Shown here piece by piece: positions 1-9,823 of a stretch of 64,000 nucleotides of DNA. Position 1 is the first letter of the stretch, and every line of letters starts with the position of its first letter. The translations under genes were made by a program, and so were the position numbers. The DNA is taken from positions 1,092 to 65,091 of the forward strand of contig JANQPP010000206.1 of NCBI GenBank assembly GCA_028289405.1, read 5' to 3'. The notes below the pieces were generated by a model, which did not search any database, had not been told where the DNA came from, and saw only the letters and a program-made list of their open reading frames with translations. The DNA comes from Pirellulales bacterium. Its GTDB lineage: Bacteria > Planctomycetota > Planctomycetia > Pirellulales > JANQPP01.

Positions 1-339
1 CCGTCCCAGTTCCTCCACGGTCGCGTGGTGAAATACGCGGGCAGAAATGATATCCACATATTGGCTTAACACGCGGGCAAAATCCGAGACACTTTCGCGT
101 TTGCCAAATCCGGCTTCCGGTCCGAGAAAAATACTGCCGCCCCCCAAGCTGGCCATACCCGCTTCGAAGCTGACACGTGTCCGCAAAGAGGGCTTTTCGA
201 ACACCAACGCCAGGACGCGCCCCGAAAGCAGCGGAGGGCGCGATTCCCGAGCCAGGTAACCCTTCAATCGCGCGGTTCTTTCGAAGATTTCCGCGACGTC
301 GGCAACTTCCAAATCGGCGAGTGTCAACAAACTCCGCAT
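1..339 (-). CDS. argF: Ornithine carbamoyltransferase, N-terminal part (5' end of gene in window; continues beyond window start)
   Basis: Reverse-strand translation from ATG at 339 gives 'MRSLLTLADLEVADVAEIFERTARLKGYLARESRPPLLSGRVLALVFEKPSLRTRVSFEAGM...'. This matches the OTCase/ATCase carbamoyl-phosphate binding region (STRTR-type motif, here SLRTR). Sits 5 nt downstream of argD on the same strand. Confidence 0.6.
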   Translation of the reverse strand, partial: MRSLLTLADLEVADVAEIFERTARLKGYLARESRPPLLSGRVLALVFEKPSLRTRVSFEAGMASLGGGSIFLGPEAGFGKRESVSDFARVLSQYVDIISARVFHHATVEELGR

Positions 340-344
340 AGGCC

Positions 345-1574
345 CTAATTCCTCGTCTCTTCCAGCGATGGTTTCGCGCCCGCCTCGAGTTGCGCACGGA
401 TGACGCCGCACAGGATATCGAGCCCATCGTGGGCTTGTTGCTCGGTGAGGTTCATGGCCGGCAGCAAACGGATCACGGTATCTTGCGTGCAGTTGACGAG
501 TAGTTGCCGCTCCATGCACTGCTGCACGATTTGGCTTCCGGTGATCGAAAGTTCCAACCCAACCATCACTCCCAGAACGCGGACTTCTTGCACCGCGTCA
601 CATTCGGTTTGAAATTCTTGGAGACGGCTGTCAAACACTTCACCCAACCGTTGGGCATGCTCCAAGAGGTTTTCCTGTTCAATCATTTCCAGCGTGGCAA
701 TGCCTGCCCGGGCTGCCAAAGGATTGCCTCCAAAGGTGGCGGCGTGCATCCCAGGCCGCAGGCTGGGAGCGATTTCCGCGGTGGTCAACATGGCGGCTCC
801 CGCGACGCCCCCGCACAGGCTCTTGGCCAAGGTCATGATGTCCGGCGTGACGCCGAAATGCTGGTACGCGAACCAGTGCCCGGTCCGACCACAGCCCGAC
901 TGCACCTCGTCGAAGATCAAGAGCAGTTCGTGCTCGTCGGCCAAGCGGCGGAGTCCGGCGAGAAAGCCCTCCGGAGGCAGGTTGATACCCCCTTCGCCCT
1001 GAATCGGCTCGACAAGAATCGCGGCCGTTTCGTCGTCAATCAGTTCTTTCACGGCCTCCAAATCACCATAGGGCGCGTATTGAAATCCGGCCATCAGCGG
1101 GCCGAGCCCCTCATGGTACTTGGGCTGCGCCGTCGCCGCCGTCGTGGCGAAGGTACGTCCATGAAAACCGCGCTCGAAGGTGATCAATTTATACCGCTGT
1201 GGTGGCGTGTGCAGACGGGCCAATTTGATGGCCGCTTCATTCGCTTCCGCGCCGGAATTGCAAAAGAATGCCTGGCCACCAAAGCTCCGTTCCGAGAGCA
1301 TCTTGGCCCACTCTCCTTGGGGGCGCATATGCCAGGTATTGGGGACATGGATTAAGGTTTGCACCTGCTCCGTGACAGCCTGCACCACCGGCTCGGGGCA
1401 ATGCCCCAGCAGGTTGCAACCCCAGCCGGGAAAGAGGTCGAGGTACTTACGCCCCTCTTCGTCCCACACGTATGAGCCTTCGCCACGCACCAACGTCAGC
1501 GGATACCGCCGGTAATTGGGCACGACATATTGTTCGAACAGCCGCAGCGTGTCTTCAGACGAACCTTGGGACAT
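345..1574 (-). CDS. argD: Acetylornithine aminotransferase (class III PLP aminotransferase)
   Basis: 409 aa; class-III aminotransferase signature regions '[18 protein letters not shown]', '[15 protein letters not shown]', '[12 protein letters not shown]'. In an operon with argB and argF. Confidence 0.85.
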   Translation of the reverse strand: MSQGSSEDTLRLFEQYVVPNYRRYPLTLVRGEGSYVWDEEGRKYLDLFPGWGCNLLGHCPEPVVQAVTEQVQTLIHVPNTWHMRPQGEWAKMLSERSFGGQAFFCNSGAEANEAAIKLARLHTPPQRYKLITFERGFHGRTFATTAATAQPKYHEGLGPLMAGFQYAPYGDLEAVKELIDDETAAILVEPIQGEGGINLPPEGFLAGLRRLADEHELLLIFDEVQSGCGRTGHWFAYQHFGVTPDIMTLAKSLCGGVAGAAMLTTAEIAPSLRPGMHAATFGGNPLAARAGIATLEMIEQENLLEHAQRLGEVFDSRLQEFQTECDAVQEVRVLGVMVGLELSITGSQIVQQCMERQLLVNCTQDTVIRLLPAMNLTEQQAHDGLDILCGVIRAQLEAGAKPSLEETRN

Positions 1575-1757
1575 GGAAATACTCCTGAATCTCGATTTTC
1601 TGCCAGCAGGAACCGGCGGTGCAAAAATGGAATGCCCGCAAAGAGACTTTCCGTCTCATGCCGGTTCGCGATGAATGGCAAAATATCATGTTAACTCCTG
1701 TCCGTAACCGGCGGGAGGTGACTGCCTCACGCCCGGCCCGATGAGGACCATGCTTCG

Positions 1758-2687
1758 TCAGGGGGCTACTTTGAGGATCTCTGTGCCGACACCGCGTGTC
1801 GTATAGATTTCCAGCAGGAGTGAATGCCGGATCCGCCCATCAATGATGTGAATCTTGCGGACGCCCTTGTCCAGCGTGTCCAGACATGCCTCCACTTTCG
1901 GAATCATGCCGTGGGCAATGGCGCCACTGGCGATTAATTCCCGGGCTTGCGCCGCGGTGAGGGAATGTAGCAGCGAGTCGGGATCGTCCTTGTCGGCCCG
2001 CACACCATTAACATCGCTGAGGAACACCAATTTTTCCGCGCCCAGTTGCTGCGCGATTTTGGTGGCGGCGGTGTCCGCGTTCACATTCAACTTCTCGCCG
2101 CCAGCATCCAGGCACATGGAAGGGATGACCGGAATGGTATCCGCTTGCCAGAGGTTGGCGATCGTGTCGCGGTCGACCTTGGTGACTTCTCCCACGAACC
2201 CCAGGTCCGTCTCCTGTCCTTGTTCGTCACGAAGCGTGATCCGCTCCCCATGAAGCACATTGGTCGTGCCGAAGTTCAGCGGTTCGGCCCGCCCGCCATA
2301 TTCCTCGATGAGGCTGGCCAGTCGGTGATTCAATTCGCGGGCCAGCACCTTCTCCACGATGTCCCGCACGGCTTCATCGGTGTATCGCCGGCCTTGCACG
2401 AATCGGGGCTGGAGCCCAGCCTCCTCCATGGCACGGCTAATGGCCGCTCCGCCTCCGTGCACGAGCAAGGGCCGCATGCCCACGCTTTCCATGAAGATGA
2501 CATCGATGAGCAAATGCCGCAGAGCGTCCGTATCATGGAGCACGCTGCCGCCAAGCTTAATCACCGTGATCTTGTCGCGAAAACGCCGGATCCACCCCAG
2601 GGCTTCAATGAGGACATCGGCTTTTTCGATGGCATGCTGCAATGCCCAGGCTCCGATAAGAAGCGTATCCGCTGGAAAGCCCACCAA
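1758..2687 (-). CDS. argB: Acetylglutamate kinase
   Basis: 309 aa; amino-acid kinase family motifs '[11 protein letters not shown]', '[18 protein letters not shown]', '[10 protein letters not shown]'. Immediately upstream of argD on the same strand. Confidence 0.85.
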   Translation of the reverse strand: MVGFPADTLLIGAWALQHAIEKADVLIEALGWIRRFRDKITVIKLGGSVLHDTDALRHLLIDVIFMESVGMRPLLVHGGGAAISRAMEEAGLQPRFVQGRRYTDEAVRDIVEKVLARELNHRLASLIEEYGGRAEPLNFGTTNVLHGERITLRDEQGQETDLGFVGEVTKVDRDTIANLWQADTIPVIPSMCLDAGGEKLNVNADTAATKIAQQLGAEKLVFLSDVNGVRADKDDPDSLLHSLTAAQARELIASGAIAHGMIPKVEACLDTLDKGVRKIHIIDGRIRHSLLLEIYTTRGVGTEILKVAP

Positions 2688-2887
2688 GATGGACGAAAAC
2701 TCGAAAGTGTACGCAGCCTGGACAAAAAGTCAATTGGCTAGGTTTGGCCTGCTCGTACCTCTCTGGCCGGTCAAGAATGCGGGCGTTGCTAGACGTGAGA
2801 AGAGTCGAAATGGCCATCCAACGCGGCGAGAGTATCGCATGCCAGAACTTCACGGAAGCATGCGATGGCCAGCGGTCACCGCCGTGC

Positions 2888-3811
2888 CTACCACGGCCAA
2901 TACAACACGGCCACCACGACGGCGATCCACATCACGCCCGTGAGCCAGAAGATGGGGTCCGTGGTGAGGACTTCCACGGGACCATCGTGTTTGGCCTCTT
3001 GCACCTTGAAGAGGTAGCGAAACAGGCCATACGTGACGATGGGCACTGTGTAGATCAGGTTTTCGGTTCCGTGCAGAGCCACCGTGCTGGCGGAAATGGT
3101 AAACAGCATATAGGACAGCAGACAAACGGCGGATGTCACACCCAGCAGCAGGTTCAGCTTGTCCCGTGTGTAATTCAGCAGCACGGGCCGAAAGCCTTGG
3201 CCGATTTCTTGATGGTCGATCTCCAGCCGCCGCTTGCCGAATCCGAGGACCAGGGCCAGCGAAAACCCGCAGACCAGCAGCCACGAAGTGGGCTGGACTC
3301 CGATGGCAAAGCACCCGGCCAGCAGCCGCAGGATGAAGCCGATGGCGATGGCTAGAACGTCGATGATCACCCGGTGCTTCAGCAACAAACAGTAGAGCAA
3401 ACTGTTCAGCAGATAGCCGCCGCCGACCGCCAGCACGCCCCAAGGCAAAAATAAAACCCCGAGTGCTAGCGCGGTGGCCAACAATAGAACGATGCCCGCC
3501 ACCGCCATGACGGGAGATACGCGGCCCGCCGCGATCGGGCGGGACTTCTTGCGGGGATGCAATCGATCGGCGGGGGCGTCAAGCAGGTCATTGAAGGCAT
3601 AAACGGTGCTGGAAAGCAGGCAGAAGCTGGCCAGTGCGATCAATGTGGCGAGCCACGCGGCGGGTCGAAAAAACTCGCCGCTAAAGACCAGCGGAGCGAG
3701 CACGAAGACGTTTTTGATCCACTGGTGGGGCCGGCACAGGCGGATCACGTCCACGACGAGGGACGTCCCAGGCCGGGAAATCGCGGGCTGCTCAGCCAGG
3801 GAAGAATGCAT
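2888..3811 (-). CDS. UbiA-family prenyltransferase (decaprenyl-phosphate phosphoribosyltransferase-like)
   Basis: 307 aa polytopic membrane protein; 'HQWIKNVFVLAPLVFSG' and Asp-rich 'NDLLDAPADRLHPRKKSRPIAAGRVS' motif typical of UbiA/DPPR synthase family. Confidence 0.7.
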   Translation of the reverse strand: MHSSLAEQPAISRPGTSLVVDVIRLCRPHQWIKNVFVLAPLVFSGEFFRPAAWLATLIALASFCLLSSTVYAFNDLLDAPADRLHPRKKSRPIAAGRVSPVMAVAGIVLLLATALALGVLFLPWGVLAVGGGYLLNSLLYCLLLKHRVIIDVLAIAIGFILRLLAGCFAIGVQPTSWLLVCGFSLALVLGFGKRRLEIDHQEIGQGFRPVLLNYTRDKLNLLLGVTSAVCLLSYMLFTISASTVALHGTENLIYTVPIVTYGLFRYLFKVQEAKHDGPVEVLTTDPIFWLTGVMWIAVVVAVLYWPW

Positions 3812-4039
3812 GTCGCTGCAACGCTTCGTGACGGTCGTGCGGATGGTCCCGGTAACGACGACTCATTTCCTCGGGAGCTGATCCCGACGAGTTTCGCCGC
3901 GTATCTATTTTGTCCGGGAAAAGTATAGCCCTCATTCTCCGCGCGATTCGTGCGTTGGCAATTCCGTCGCGACCACCGCCGCAGCCGGCACGACGATTTC
4001 GACGGCGATCCGAAATGGCTGCTCCTGGCCCGTGCCCGA

Positions 4040-5080
4040 TCAATATTTGCCGCTGTCGATGGGGAGTCCGTCGTTGGACGCATTAAGCCGCTGCCAGGTG
4101 AGGTAGTCATCCAAGCTGATGTCCCAGGTGGTTCCCTTTTCCACGTGATCGCTGATGAAACGAGAACTGCCGTCCGCCATGGCGACGTATACTCCGCCAG
4201 GATGACGACTGCGGGTCGTAGCCTGCGTGCTGGAACAACCGCCGCAACACGTCATGCATTCGGCGAACATGGTCGCCTCGCCGACGGCGGAGATGATACC
4301 TTGGCAGCCGAGAATATTGTCCGAAGCGCTTTGGCAGGAATTCGGCCCGATGGCGTCATCGCTGGCGTGCCCCCACAGGCTGCTCGCGCCAGGAGCCCCC
4401 ATGGCCCACACGCCGCGGCGGTCGGCAGCCGCCAAACCGGCACGAACCTCTCCGAGGAGGATGGTATTACTCGTGCCGTCGCCAATGCCGTCGATATTCA
4501 GCGCCACGTTGGAGCCCATGACTCCTTGATATAACTCACCGACCCAGCGCTCCGAGCCGGCGCCGTGACACGGCCGAAAGCCAGTGCTGAGAAAGCCGAG
4601 GCAAGCGTTGGCCCCGTAGTTGCCACGGGCCCAATTGTCTCCCTCGTTGTCGTTGGCATATTTCACGGCGTGATTGGCCGTGTCGGAAGGACAGATCATG
4701 GCGTTGAGCACCGTACCGCGCGGTTCCCGATTGATCGGTGCGGAAATCGCCACGGTCAGGTCAAACGCATCTTGTAGCGGTTGCTGTTCGATGAAGGGGA
4801 GCAGCGCAATCACCCAATTCACGCCGAACTCGGGACTGGTCTCTGGATTCACGCCCTCCGGATAGGTGAGACTGGGGGGAAAAAATTTGTGCACACCATG
4901 ATAGGTATGCAGCGCGAGCCCAAGTTGTTTGACATTGTTCAAGCATTGCGTCCGCCGGGCCGCTTCTCGGGCTGACTGCACCGCCGGCAACAGTAGGGCC
5001 ACCAAGACTCCGATAATGGCGATCACCACCAACAGTTCGACCAAGGTGAAACCCCGTCTTCCGGTGCCACGTGCCAACAT
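4040..5080 (-). CDS. DUF1559 protein with prepilin-type N-terminal cleavage/methylation domain (Planctomycetes H-X9-DG family)
   Basis: 346 aa; N-terminus '[52 protein letters not shown]'. Confidence 0.8.
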   Translation of the reverse strand: MLARGTGRRGFTLVELLVVIAIIGVLVALLLPAVQSAREAARRTQCLNNVKQLGLALHTYHGVHKFFPPSLTYPEGVNPETSPEFGVNWVIALLPFIEQQPLQDAFDLTVAISAPINREPRGTVLNAMICPSDTANHAVKYANDNEGDNWARGNYGANACLGFLSTGFRPCHGAGSERWVGELYQGVMGSNVALNIDGIGDGTSNTILLGEVRAGLAAADRRGVWAMGAPGASSLWGHASDDAIGPNSCQSASDNILGCQGIISAVGEATMFAECMTCCGGCSSTQATTRSRHPGGVYVAMADGSSRFISDHVEKGTTWDISLDDYLTWQRLNASNDGLPIDSGKY

Positions 5081-5092
5081 GAGCCACTCCTT

Positions 5093-5584
5093 TTATCTGC
5101 GAGAATTTGCTGGTTTTTCGACCAGCAGTACACATTCGCTACCGCCGGATTCGACCTCAAATGTCAGATCCGTGGCCTTCGGATCGCTGTACTTTCGATC
5201 GACCGCGCCGTTGGGAATATCGATGCCGTTTGGCGCCTTGCGAAACGTCTCCACCAGCACTTTGTGCTGGCCCACCAACGCACCGTCTTGATACTTGGTG
5301 GTGGTGACGTATTCGAACGTCCCATCCTCTGGATTCACTTCCGCCCTTCCCGCCGAGGGGGCTGCCCGGCCTTTGGCATCAATCCCTTGGGGAATGAACG
5401 TCACCACGATACGGTCGGCCTCGATCAATGATCCATCCGCATAGGTGACTTTCCCTTCCACCGGCGCCATCTCGAAGGGGCTCCCGCCTCCGCAGCCACA
5501 AATGATCAAAAATACCGAAAGTGTTACGCCGGAGATGATTCTTCGAATCACGGTCGTTCCGTCGGCGAGGCTCATGAAATCCAT
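5093..5584 (-). CDS. Putative lipoprotein (carboxypeptidase-regulatory-like partner of DUF1559 proteins)
   Basis: 163 aa; signal peptide with Cys cluster 'LIICGCGGGS'; beta-rich; 12 nt downstream of the DUF1559 gene. Confidence 0.5.
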   Translation of the reverse strand: MDFMSLADGTTVIRRIISGVTLSVFLIICGCGGGSPFEMAPVEGKVTYADGSLIEADRIVVTFIPQGIDAKGRAAPSAGRAEVNPEDGTFEYVTTTKYQDGALVGQHKVLVETFRKAPNGIDIPNGAVDRKYSDPKATDLTFEVESGGSECVLLVEKPANSRR

Positions 5585-5765
5585 CTTGGGACATGAGGAA
5601 TTGACTGGTGGGATGGCCCGAGAGACCTGCGACGAATCGCATGATGACTCAGCGAGCCGAGATAGAAAGCAGAATACCGCATCGCGGCCCAGCGTGGCAA
5701 CTTTTTTTCCACTGTAATGTCTATTGGCGGCTTGCTAGCTCCGACTCGGCAAACCATTCGGCATT

Positions 5766-6503
5766 CTATTGATATTGCACGGTGACGTCGGGCAGGACCT
5801 CATTCAGCCGGCGGATGCCTTCCTCGGTTACCGGCGTTTCGCGGACGTAGAGCCGTTTCAGCTTTTTGAGCGGTGCCAGATGCTGCAAACCGTCGTCGGT
5901 CACTTCAGTGTATCGCAGGTCCAGCCGTTCCAAATTCGTTAGAGGCTGGAGCGCCAGCAAACCCTCATCGGTGATCTTATCTTGATTGAGCCACAATTCG
6001 CGGAGCGAAGAAATGGTCTCCAGATGCGTCAGCCCCACATCAGTCACCTGCGTACTTTGCAGGTTGAGCTGTTCGAGGTTTGGCAGTTTTCCCAGGTGAA
6101 CCAAGCCTGCATCCCCCACGTCGGTGATATCCAAAAACAATGCCCGCAGTTCGGTGAGTTTGGCCACGTGAGCGAGTCCCTCGTCGGTGACGGCGGTGCG
6201 GCTGAGCGTGAGTTTTTGGATTCCCGGCAATTCCGTTAGCTTGGCGAGGTCCGCGTCCGTGATCTTCGCATCGGCCAACGAGATCTCTAAAAAGGTCCCG
6301 CCGGCTCGTTCGTGCGGGATGACCTTCCCCCCCCAATCCTCGATGGCACTGCGGACTTGGTCCTCGGGACCGCTGGCAGAACAGGCGGCACAGCAGATGA
6401 GGCAACCCACGGCCCAATAATTCCAGCGATTTCTCGACCAGATTTTCCGTTGCGCGAAATAGGAATTATCTCGGGATTGTGAAACGTAAAACAATCTTGA
6501 CAC
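5766..6503 (-). CDS. Leucine-rich repeat protein
   Basis: 245 aa; about 24-aa LRR units repeated ('LxLxxTxVTDxGLxHLxxLxxLxxLxL'). Confidence 0.7.
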   Translation of the reverse strand: MSRLFYVSQSRDNSYFAQRKIWSRNRWNYWAVGCLICCAACSASGPEDQVRSAIEDWGGKVIPHERAGGTFLEISLADAKITDADLAKLTELPGIQKLTLSRTAVTDEGLAHVAKLTELRALFLDITDVGDAGLVHLGKLPNLEQLNLQSTQVTDVGLTHLETISSLRELWLNQDKITDEGLLALQPLTNLERLDLRYTEVTDDGLQHLAPLKKLKRLYVRETPVTEEGIRRLNEVLPDVTVQYQ

Positions 6504-6579
6504 TCGCGCCTCGCTATAGTCTTATGAAAGTTGGTCTGATCGTGACCGGAATAGATTGTGGCAATCTTCAGGGTGAACC

Positions 6580-7032
6580 ATGCGACGCAAAGCCTGCGTC
6601 CTACTAATGTTGGTTCAGTATACCGCCCTCACTCTGCTGGGCCACTGGTTTCATGCGCATTGCCATTCCCACGCGCACTGCCCGCTGGCGCGGCACGAAG
6701 CGGTTCGGGCGGCCCATGTTCACGCCGCCGCACCGTCCGCCGAGAGCCAACAAGGACACGCGGGATGTTGCCACCATCGTCATGCAGCGGACTGCACTGA
6801 GCCGCGTGACAGACATGCCATCCTGGTGGATTCGCGAGGTGCCCAAGTAGGCCTGCATGCGGATGGCGATTGCCTGCTCTGCCAGTACTTCTCGCAAGGG
6901 CAAGTGGCCTCGCACAGTTCGGCTTCGTCCACGGCGGCATTGATTTCTGGTGAAGTGGTTCACGTCGCCCCGCCGCCGGTATTCTCGCGGCAAGCTCCCT
7001 CACATCCGGCCCGCGCCCCTCCAGCCGCCTAA
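6580..7032 (+). CDS. Small His/Cys-rich putative secreted metal-binding protein
   Basis: 150 aa; hydrophobic N-terminus '[21 protein letters not shown]' then '[14 protein letters not shown]...HVHAAAP...[11 protein letters not shown]'. No homolog recognised; could be non-coding. Confidence 0.3.
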   Translation: MRRKACVLLMLVQYTALTLLGHWFHAHCHSHAHCPLARHEAVRAAHVHAAAPSAESQQGHAGCCHHRHAADCTEPRDRHAILVDSRGAQVGLHADGDCLLCQYFSQGQVASHSSASSTAALISGEVVHVAPPPVFSRQAPSHPARAPPAA

Positions 7033-7260
7033 ACGATTCGGCGATGTTTGTCCGGGTGAGTAACCACCGCGCGCGGTCGCGCGCGAGAATTTCGCTTACC
7101 TTGGGTGGACACCCTGGTTTCTCTGTTGAACCTGTATCGGATTCCTCGTGCGCGGCAAGCAAAGTACTCTGTGTCTTGAGAGTTCAGCCGGTTCGAAGTC
7201 TCGCTCACGCGGCGGAAATACAAATCATCATTTTTCGAGCGCCAGAAGGTATTGGCCCGA

Positions 7261-7973
7261 TGAAATATCGACATGCGTTTACTTTAGTGGAACTATTGGT
7301 GGTGATCGCCATCATCGGCGTGTTGGTTGCCCTCTTGCTGCCGGCGGTACAGTCCGCGCGGGCGACGGCCCGACAAACGCATTGCAAGAACAATCTCCGG
7401 CAGATTGGACTGGCGATCCTGATGTTCGTGGACCAGCATAAAGGGGCTTTTCCCAAGTCGACTCATACCACGGGCGGTCGTGATGAAGATGCCTGGGTTT
7501 TCACGCTCGCTCCCTACTTGGAGAACGTCGACCGCATTCGGATTTGCCCCGATGATCCTAAAGCAGAAGAACGGCTCCAAGCCAAGAGCACCAGCTACGT
7601 GCTCAATGGTTACATCGCAGCCTCTACTCCCGTTTCCGTGCTGAATTTCAATGAAGTCGAAGCGACTTCACGGCTGATCACGGTGCTAGAAGGCTCGGAC
7701 GATCGGGAGATCTCCTTTTATGTGGACCACACGCACCCTTGGGCCTGGTACACGAAATTCAACGCGCTACGCGGCACCACTTACGATAGCCTGCGGGAAG
7801 AAGTGCAACCGGACCGTCACGTCACATCCGCCAACTATCTCTACGCGGATGGACACGTGGAAGTAATCTCCGACACGCAGATCCGCCAATGGGCCGCGGA
7901 CGGTTTTGATTTCCTGGTACCGCCCCAGTTCCAGTATTTGCAGCAACAAAATAAAGCGTCGAATTCCGACTAA
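7261..7973 (+). CDS. DUF1559 protein with prepilin-type N-terminal domain (start refined to internal ATG)
   Basis: Track ORF 7044..7973; conserved protein begins '[56 protein letters not shown]'. Confidence 0.8.
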
Positions 7974-8041
7974 CGAAGTTGAGTTCAACTACGTACTCGA
8001 AAACATTCCAGTTAGCACTCAAGAATCAAATTGGCCTACGG

Positions 8042-9037
8042 ATGAATGACACGAAAAGCTTAGCCTCGCATCCGTGGGGATGGTTGGTGGTCTTGCTAAT
8101 GGCCATCCAATCCGTTCCGCCGGCATGGGGACAACATACCGATGTGCGTTTGAGCTTGGACGAAGGGGCTATCACGGTTTCGCCTCGCGCCGAAAGCGGC
8201 TCTTTTGAAGAATTTTTTGGTTCGTTTTTTACCACGTTGCCAGGCCTCCGCGCTGCCGATGGTACGTTCCAAGAAGGCGATCAATTCGGGGTGAATATCG
8301 TCGAACGGCTGTTGCACTGGGATGGCTTCAAGGTGTCCGCTCCGCTTCATGGAGAAACGATCACGCTTTCCACGGGACCGTTCTCCGTGGAAATCTCCGG
8401 CGATCAAGAGTTCGCCGAGGGTTTCATTTTCGGCACCGTTGGCTCGCAAGGCGGCATCCATGAAGATTTGTCTTGGACGTTGCTTCCCGGCGACGAACCT
8501 GAGCCCACCGGAGGCATGTATGGCATCGTCATGGAAGTCTTCTCACCGGCGTATGCGTCTTCGGAACCATTCCTATTCGCGCAAGGCCATTTCGACGAGG
8601 AATTCTCCACGCTGGAACAGTTCGACGAAGGTTTCGCCTATTTACAGGCATACGTGTTTCCCCTCGAGGGAGATGTCAATCGCGACGGATTCGTCCGTCT
8701 CGACGACTTCACGATCCTCAAGGAGCACTTCGGTGAATCGGGGGTCGAGCGGGAACAGGGAGACTTGTCAGGGGATGGCGCGGTCAACTTGACCGACTTC
8801 ACGCTCTTGAAATCGGATTTCGGCGCGACACATCCCGAAATTGCCGCGCTGGGAACCGCCGCCGTACCAGAGCCAAGCACGGCCTGGCTGGGGCTCTGCG
8901 GCATATTTTGCGCGCGGCTGGTAAAGAAACAGCGGCGACGACAGGCATTAACTGGGCGATTGCGGCCCAATGTTGACAGACGTTTTCTTTCTCATTTTTC
9001 ATCTGGAGGACGAGCATCATGCGAAAACTTTTTTTGA
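8042..9037 (+). CDS. PEP-CTERM sorting-domain secreted protein (paralog 1)
   Basis: Start refined to 'MNDTKSLASHPWGWLVVLLMAIQSVPPAWGQHTDV' (signal peptide). Dockerin-like 'GDVNRDGFVRLDDF'/'DLSGDGAVNLTDF'. C-terminal 'VPEPSTAWLGLCGIFCARLVKKQRRR' = PEP-CTERM motif + TM + basic tail. Confidence 0.7.
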   Translation: MNDTKSLASHPWGWLVVLLMAIQSVPPAWGQHTDVRLSLDEGAITVSPRAESGSFEEFFGSFFTTLPGLRAADGTFQEGDQFGVNIVERLLHWDGFKVSAPLHGETITLSTGPFSVEISGDQEFAEGFIFGTVGSQGGIHEDLSWTLLPGDEPEPTGGMYGIVMEVFSPAYASSEPFLFAQGHFDEEFSTLEQFDEGFAYLQAYVFPLEGDVNRDGFVRLDDFTILKEHFGESGVEREQGDLSGDGAVNLTDFTLLKSDFGATHPEIAALGTAAVPEPSTAWLGLCGIFCARLVKKQRRRQALTGRLRPNVDRRFLSHFSSGGRASCENFF

Positions 9038-9729
9038 CTGGCATCATGGGAACCGTGGCATGCCTCTGCGGTTCATGGAACATGGCATTCGCCCAACATA
9101 GTGACGTGGAAATTGTCATTGAGTCTGGTGACTTGCATATCGAGTTGGGCCCAGAAGGGCTGCTGTTCGAAGGGGATTTTCCGCAGCCGCCCGATCCTTT
9201 GGCCTACTTTGGGGACGAGCCAGGGTTTGAAATCGAGGACGGCCTGGCCACGCCTGGTGCGAACGTGGGATTTCGCCTGTTGAGTGACCTGCTGTTTTTT
9301 GATGGGGCGGATACCGCCGCCCCGGCGGATCAAATCGAGATCTCGCTCGGACCGGCCGCGACAATCGTCAGTGCCAGCAGCGGCGCGGTCGACGGATTCC
9401 TGTTTGGGACCGTGGACAGCGAGGGAGGCTTGCACCAAGACTTGGAATTCGCTCTGCAAACCGACGATGGAGCGGGCGGTTATATGTCGGGCGGCGCCAC
9501 GGGAGCGTATGGCTTGCATTTGCAACTCACCTCGCCAGAGTACGGTGACTCTCAGCCGTTTATGATCGCCCTGAATAACGGATTGGATGAAGAGATCTTC
9601 GAGGAAGGTGCCGAAGCGCTGGCCGCCAGCGCCGGCGTATTGGTTCCCGAACCAGCGACACTGTGGCTGCTCGCAATCGGTTTCTGCCTCACCGCCCTCA
9701 CCGCCCGCAGATGCCGTTTCGCAGTGTGA
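9019..9729 (+). CDS. PEP-CTERM sorting-domain secreted protein (paralog 2)
   Basis: 236 aa; signal peptide, 'AQHSDVEI' (compare 'GQHTDVRL' in the upstream paralog). C-terminal 'VPEPATLWLLAIGFCLTALTARRCRF'. Overlaps the upstream paralog by 19 nt. Confidence 0.7.
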   Translation: MRKLFLTGIMGTVACLCGSWNMAFAQHSDVEIVIESGDLHIELGPEGLLFEGDFPQPPDPLAYFGDEPGFEIEDGLATPGANVGFRLLSDLLFFDGADTAAPADQIEISLGPAATIVSASSGAVDGFLFGTVDSEGGLHQDLEFALQTDDGAGGYMSGGATGAYGLHLQLTSPEYGDSQPFMIALNNGLDEEIFEEGAEALAASAGVLVPEPATLWLLAIGFCLTALTARRCRFAV

Positions 9730-9823
9730 TGGTCGGCGTGCTCAGAGAACCGTCAGCCCTGACTCGCACTCGTATCTCGACCGGCAGGACGCTGGTCGAG
9801 GCCAGTGCGTTGAGTGCTCTGCC

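Noticed and set aside
504-1355. 283-aa plus-strand ORF antisense to argD, and similar antisense ORFs over argB (2046..2741) and the UbiA gene (2744..3355)
   Set aside because: Overlap clearly identifiable enzymes on the opposite strand; translations are low-complexity.
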